A stretch of DNA of 38,191 bases from Bacteroidota bacterium (lineage in GTDB: Bacteria > Bacteroidota > Bacteroidia > Bacteroidales > JAUZOH01): positions 1-38,191 of the forward strand of contig JAUZOH010000002.1 of assembly GCA_030706565.1 (NCBI GenBank). The letters are read 5' to 3'. The notes beneath the pieces were generated by a model that was given only the letters and a program-made list of their open reading frames with translations, was not told the origin of the DNA and did no database searches. Numbering within the stretch: position 1 is the stretch's first letter; each line of letters starts with the position of its first letter. The translations under genes were made by a program, and so were the position numbers. Positions 36,850-38,191 of the stretch are shown here, piece after piece.

Positions 36850-38191
36850 ATGAAAATGGAAAAAATAAGTTGTTACCTTAACAGGATTATAATGGCTTTT
36901 TCCTTTTTGCTATTTCCCATTGTCTCGTCTTTTGCTCAAAATAATGAATTAACGGGATATCTGAGTGACTTGCCCTTTGGAATGCCAGCAATGACTGTTC
37001 CTGTTTTTCCGGAACGTTCTGTTAATATTATGGATTTTGGAGCTGTGGGTGACGGGCAGACTTTAAATACTGAGGCTTTTGCAAATGCTATTGATCATTG
37101 TGCTTCACTGGGGGGAGGTACTGTTATTGTACCCCCGGGATTGTGGCTTACAGGGCCTGTTTTATTCAGAAGTAATATCAATCTGCACCTTGAGAAAGGG
37201 GCCCTGGTACTGTTCAGCTGCAATCACCATGATTATCCGGTCATGAAAAATCCGGTAAATGGATCTTTTACTGTTAGGCCGCCAATTTCCGGCTATGAAC
37301 TGGAAAATATTGCCATTACGGGTGAAGGAATTCTGGATGGTTCCGGAGATACCTGGCGGCCTGTCAAAAAATCAAAAACCACTGAAGAACAATGGAAAAA
37401 GTTACTGGCTTCGGGCGGCACAGTGGATAGTAATGATATCTGGTGGCCTACCCGGGAAGCAAGAGAGGGCGAACTATACATCAATGACTTAAAAAAGAAA
37501 AATAATAAAAACCTTGCTGAAAAAGATTTCGAGCCTGCCCGTGATTTTTTGCGTCCCTACATGCTGGTTTTTTATAAATGTAAAAAAGTTTTACTGGACG
37601 GGCCGACTTTTCAAAACTCTCCCAAATTCGTGCTTTATCCTACATTTTGCGAGGATATGGTTATACGCAATATCAAGGTGTTGAACGAATGGTGGGCTCA
37701 GAATGGGGATGGGATAGACATTAACGGAGGCAAAAATATACTCGTATACAATTGCATGGTCAATGCAGGAGATGATGGGATATGCATGAAATCAAGCAAA
37801 AGCAGAAATTATGATAGTGATCCTGTTTTACAAAATGTTGTCATCTCTGGCTGCACGGTATATCATGCTCATGGAGGGTTTGTCATTGGAAGCAATATTG
37901 ATGGAGGAATTCGAAATATATCGGTTAAAAATTGTGATTTTATTTCCACTGATATCGGACTGCGGTTCAAAAGCAGCAGAGGTAAAGGCGGACTTGTTGA
38001 AAATATTTTTGTGAACAATATTTTCATGAAAGACATTGCTAATGAAGCGATATTGTTTGACACTTATTATGAAATAAAAAATCTGGCAGAACAGGAAAAA
38101 GTGGTTGAGGTTAATGAAACAACCCCCCGTTTCCGGAAATTTTATATCCGAAACATTTATTGCAATGGAGCCGAACAGGCTGTTAAAATTA
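36850..38191 (+). CDS. Secreted glycoside hydrolase family 28 (polygalacturonase / exo-pectinase-like), 3' end outside the window
   Basis: Open frame from ATG 36850 to the window end; it is absent from the ORF track because it has no stop. Signal peptide ...FPIVSSFAQ. GH28 motifs NGDGID, GDDGICMKS, AHGGFVIGS, RFKS. Confidence 0.88.
   Translation, partial: MKMEKISCYLNRIIMAFSFLLFPIVSSFAQNNELTGYLSDLPFGMPAMTVPVFPERSVNIMDFGAVGDGQTLNTEAFANAIDHCASLGGGTVIVPPGLWLTGPVLFRSNINLHLEKGALVLFSCNHHDYPVMKNPVNGSFTVRPPISGYELENIAITGEGILDGSGDTWRPVKKSKTTEEQWKKLLASGGTVDSNDIWWPTREAREGELYINDLKKKNNKNLAEKDFEPARDFLRPYMLVFYKCKKVLLDGPTFQNSPKFVLYPTFCEDMVIRNIKVLNEWWAQNGDGIDINGGKNILVYNCMVNAGDDGICMKSSKSRNYDSDPVLQNVVISGCTVYHAHGGFVIGSNIDGGIRNISVKNCDFISTDIGLRFKSSRGKGGLVENIFVNNIFMKDIANEAILFDTYYEIKNLAEQEKVVEVNETTPRFRKFYIRNIYCNGAEQAVKI

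Noticed and set aside
1-38191. Sigma-54 (-24/-12, TGGCAC-N5-TTGC) promoters that could be targets of the activator at 6635-7801
   Set aside because: Every TGGCA/TGGCAC occurrence I could see (e.g. near 8510, 9256, 13866, 26398, and a TGGAC...TTGC near 36615) lacks a correctly spaced TTGC or lies inside coding sequence. This was a by-eye scan only, so a matrix scan could still find sites.
1-38191. CRISPR arrays, tRNA/rRNA genes, transposases, integrases and defence-island-type content
   Set aside because: I saw no direct-repeat/spacer periodicity, no tRNA T-loop-like GGTTCGAATCC contexts outside coding sequence, and no ORFs with recombinase or nuclease hallmarks. The gene content is core metabolism and translation.

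Overview
The window looks like a chromosomal, mostly housekeeping segment of a Bacteroidota (Bacteroidia-like) genome. This is inferred from low GC, no Shine-Dalgarno sequences, TAnnTTTG -7 boxes before several operons, long Bacteroidetes-type LepB, dapB-lepB-lepB synteny and a fused E1 alpha/beta. Gene order: distal NDH-1 operon (nuoI-J-K-L-M-N plus an unknown 106-aa ORF); an orphan sigma-54 response regulator; a secreted SGNH/CE2-like esterase; an E2-E3-E1(alpha/beta fusion) 2-oxoacid dehydrogenase operon; an LpoB-like lipoprotein; a minus-strand nucleotide-sugar operon (ugd, UDP-xylose synthase, rfbA, rfbC, rfbD, phosphoglucomutase); rpsA; a single-domain STAS protein; rnz; a rubredoxin missing from the ORF track; a VTC-domain protein translationally coupled to a DUF4956-like membrane protein; thrS-infC-rpmI-rplT; dapB; two tandem lepB genes; plsY; pckA; and the 5' part of a secreted GH28 pectinase. 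I found no tRNA, rRNA, CRISPR array or mobile element. The best candidate for an undescribed system is the VTC + DUF4956 pair, a possible membrane-coupled polyphosphate polymerase split over two genes. Other points worth a second look: a LepB paralog lacking both catalytic residues, an in-frame TAG splitting nuoI, a sigma-54 activator with no DNA-binding domain, and a perfect palindrome next to the dehydrogenase promoter. All family assignments come from reading motifs by eye; no searches were run.
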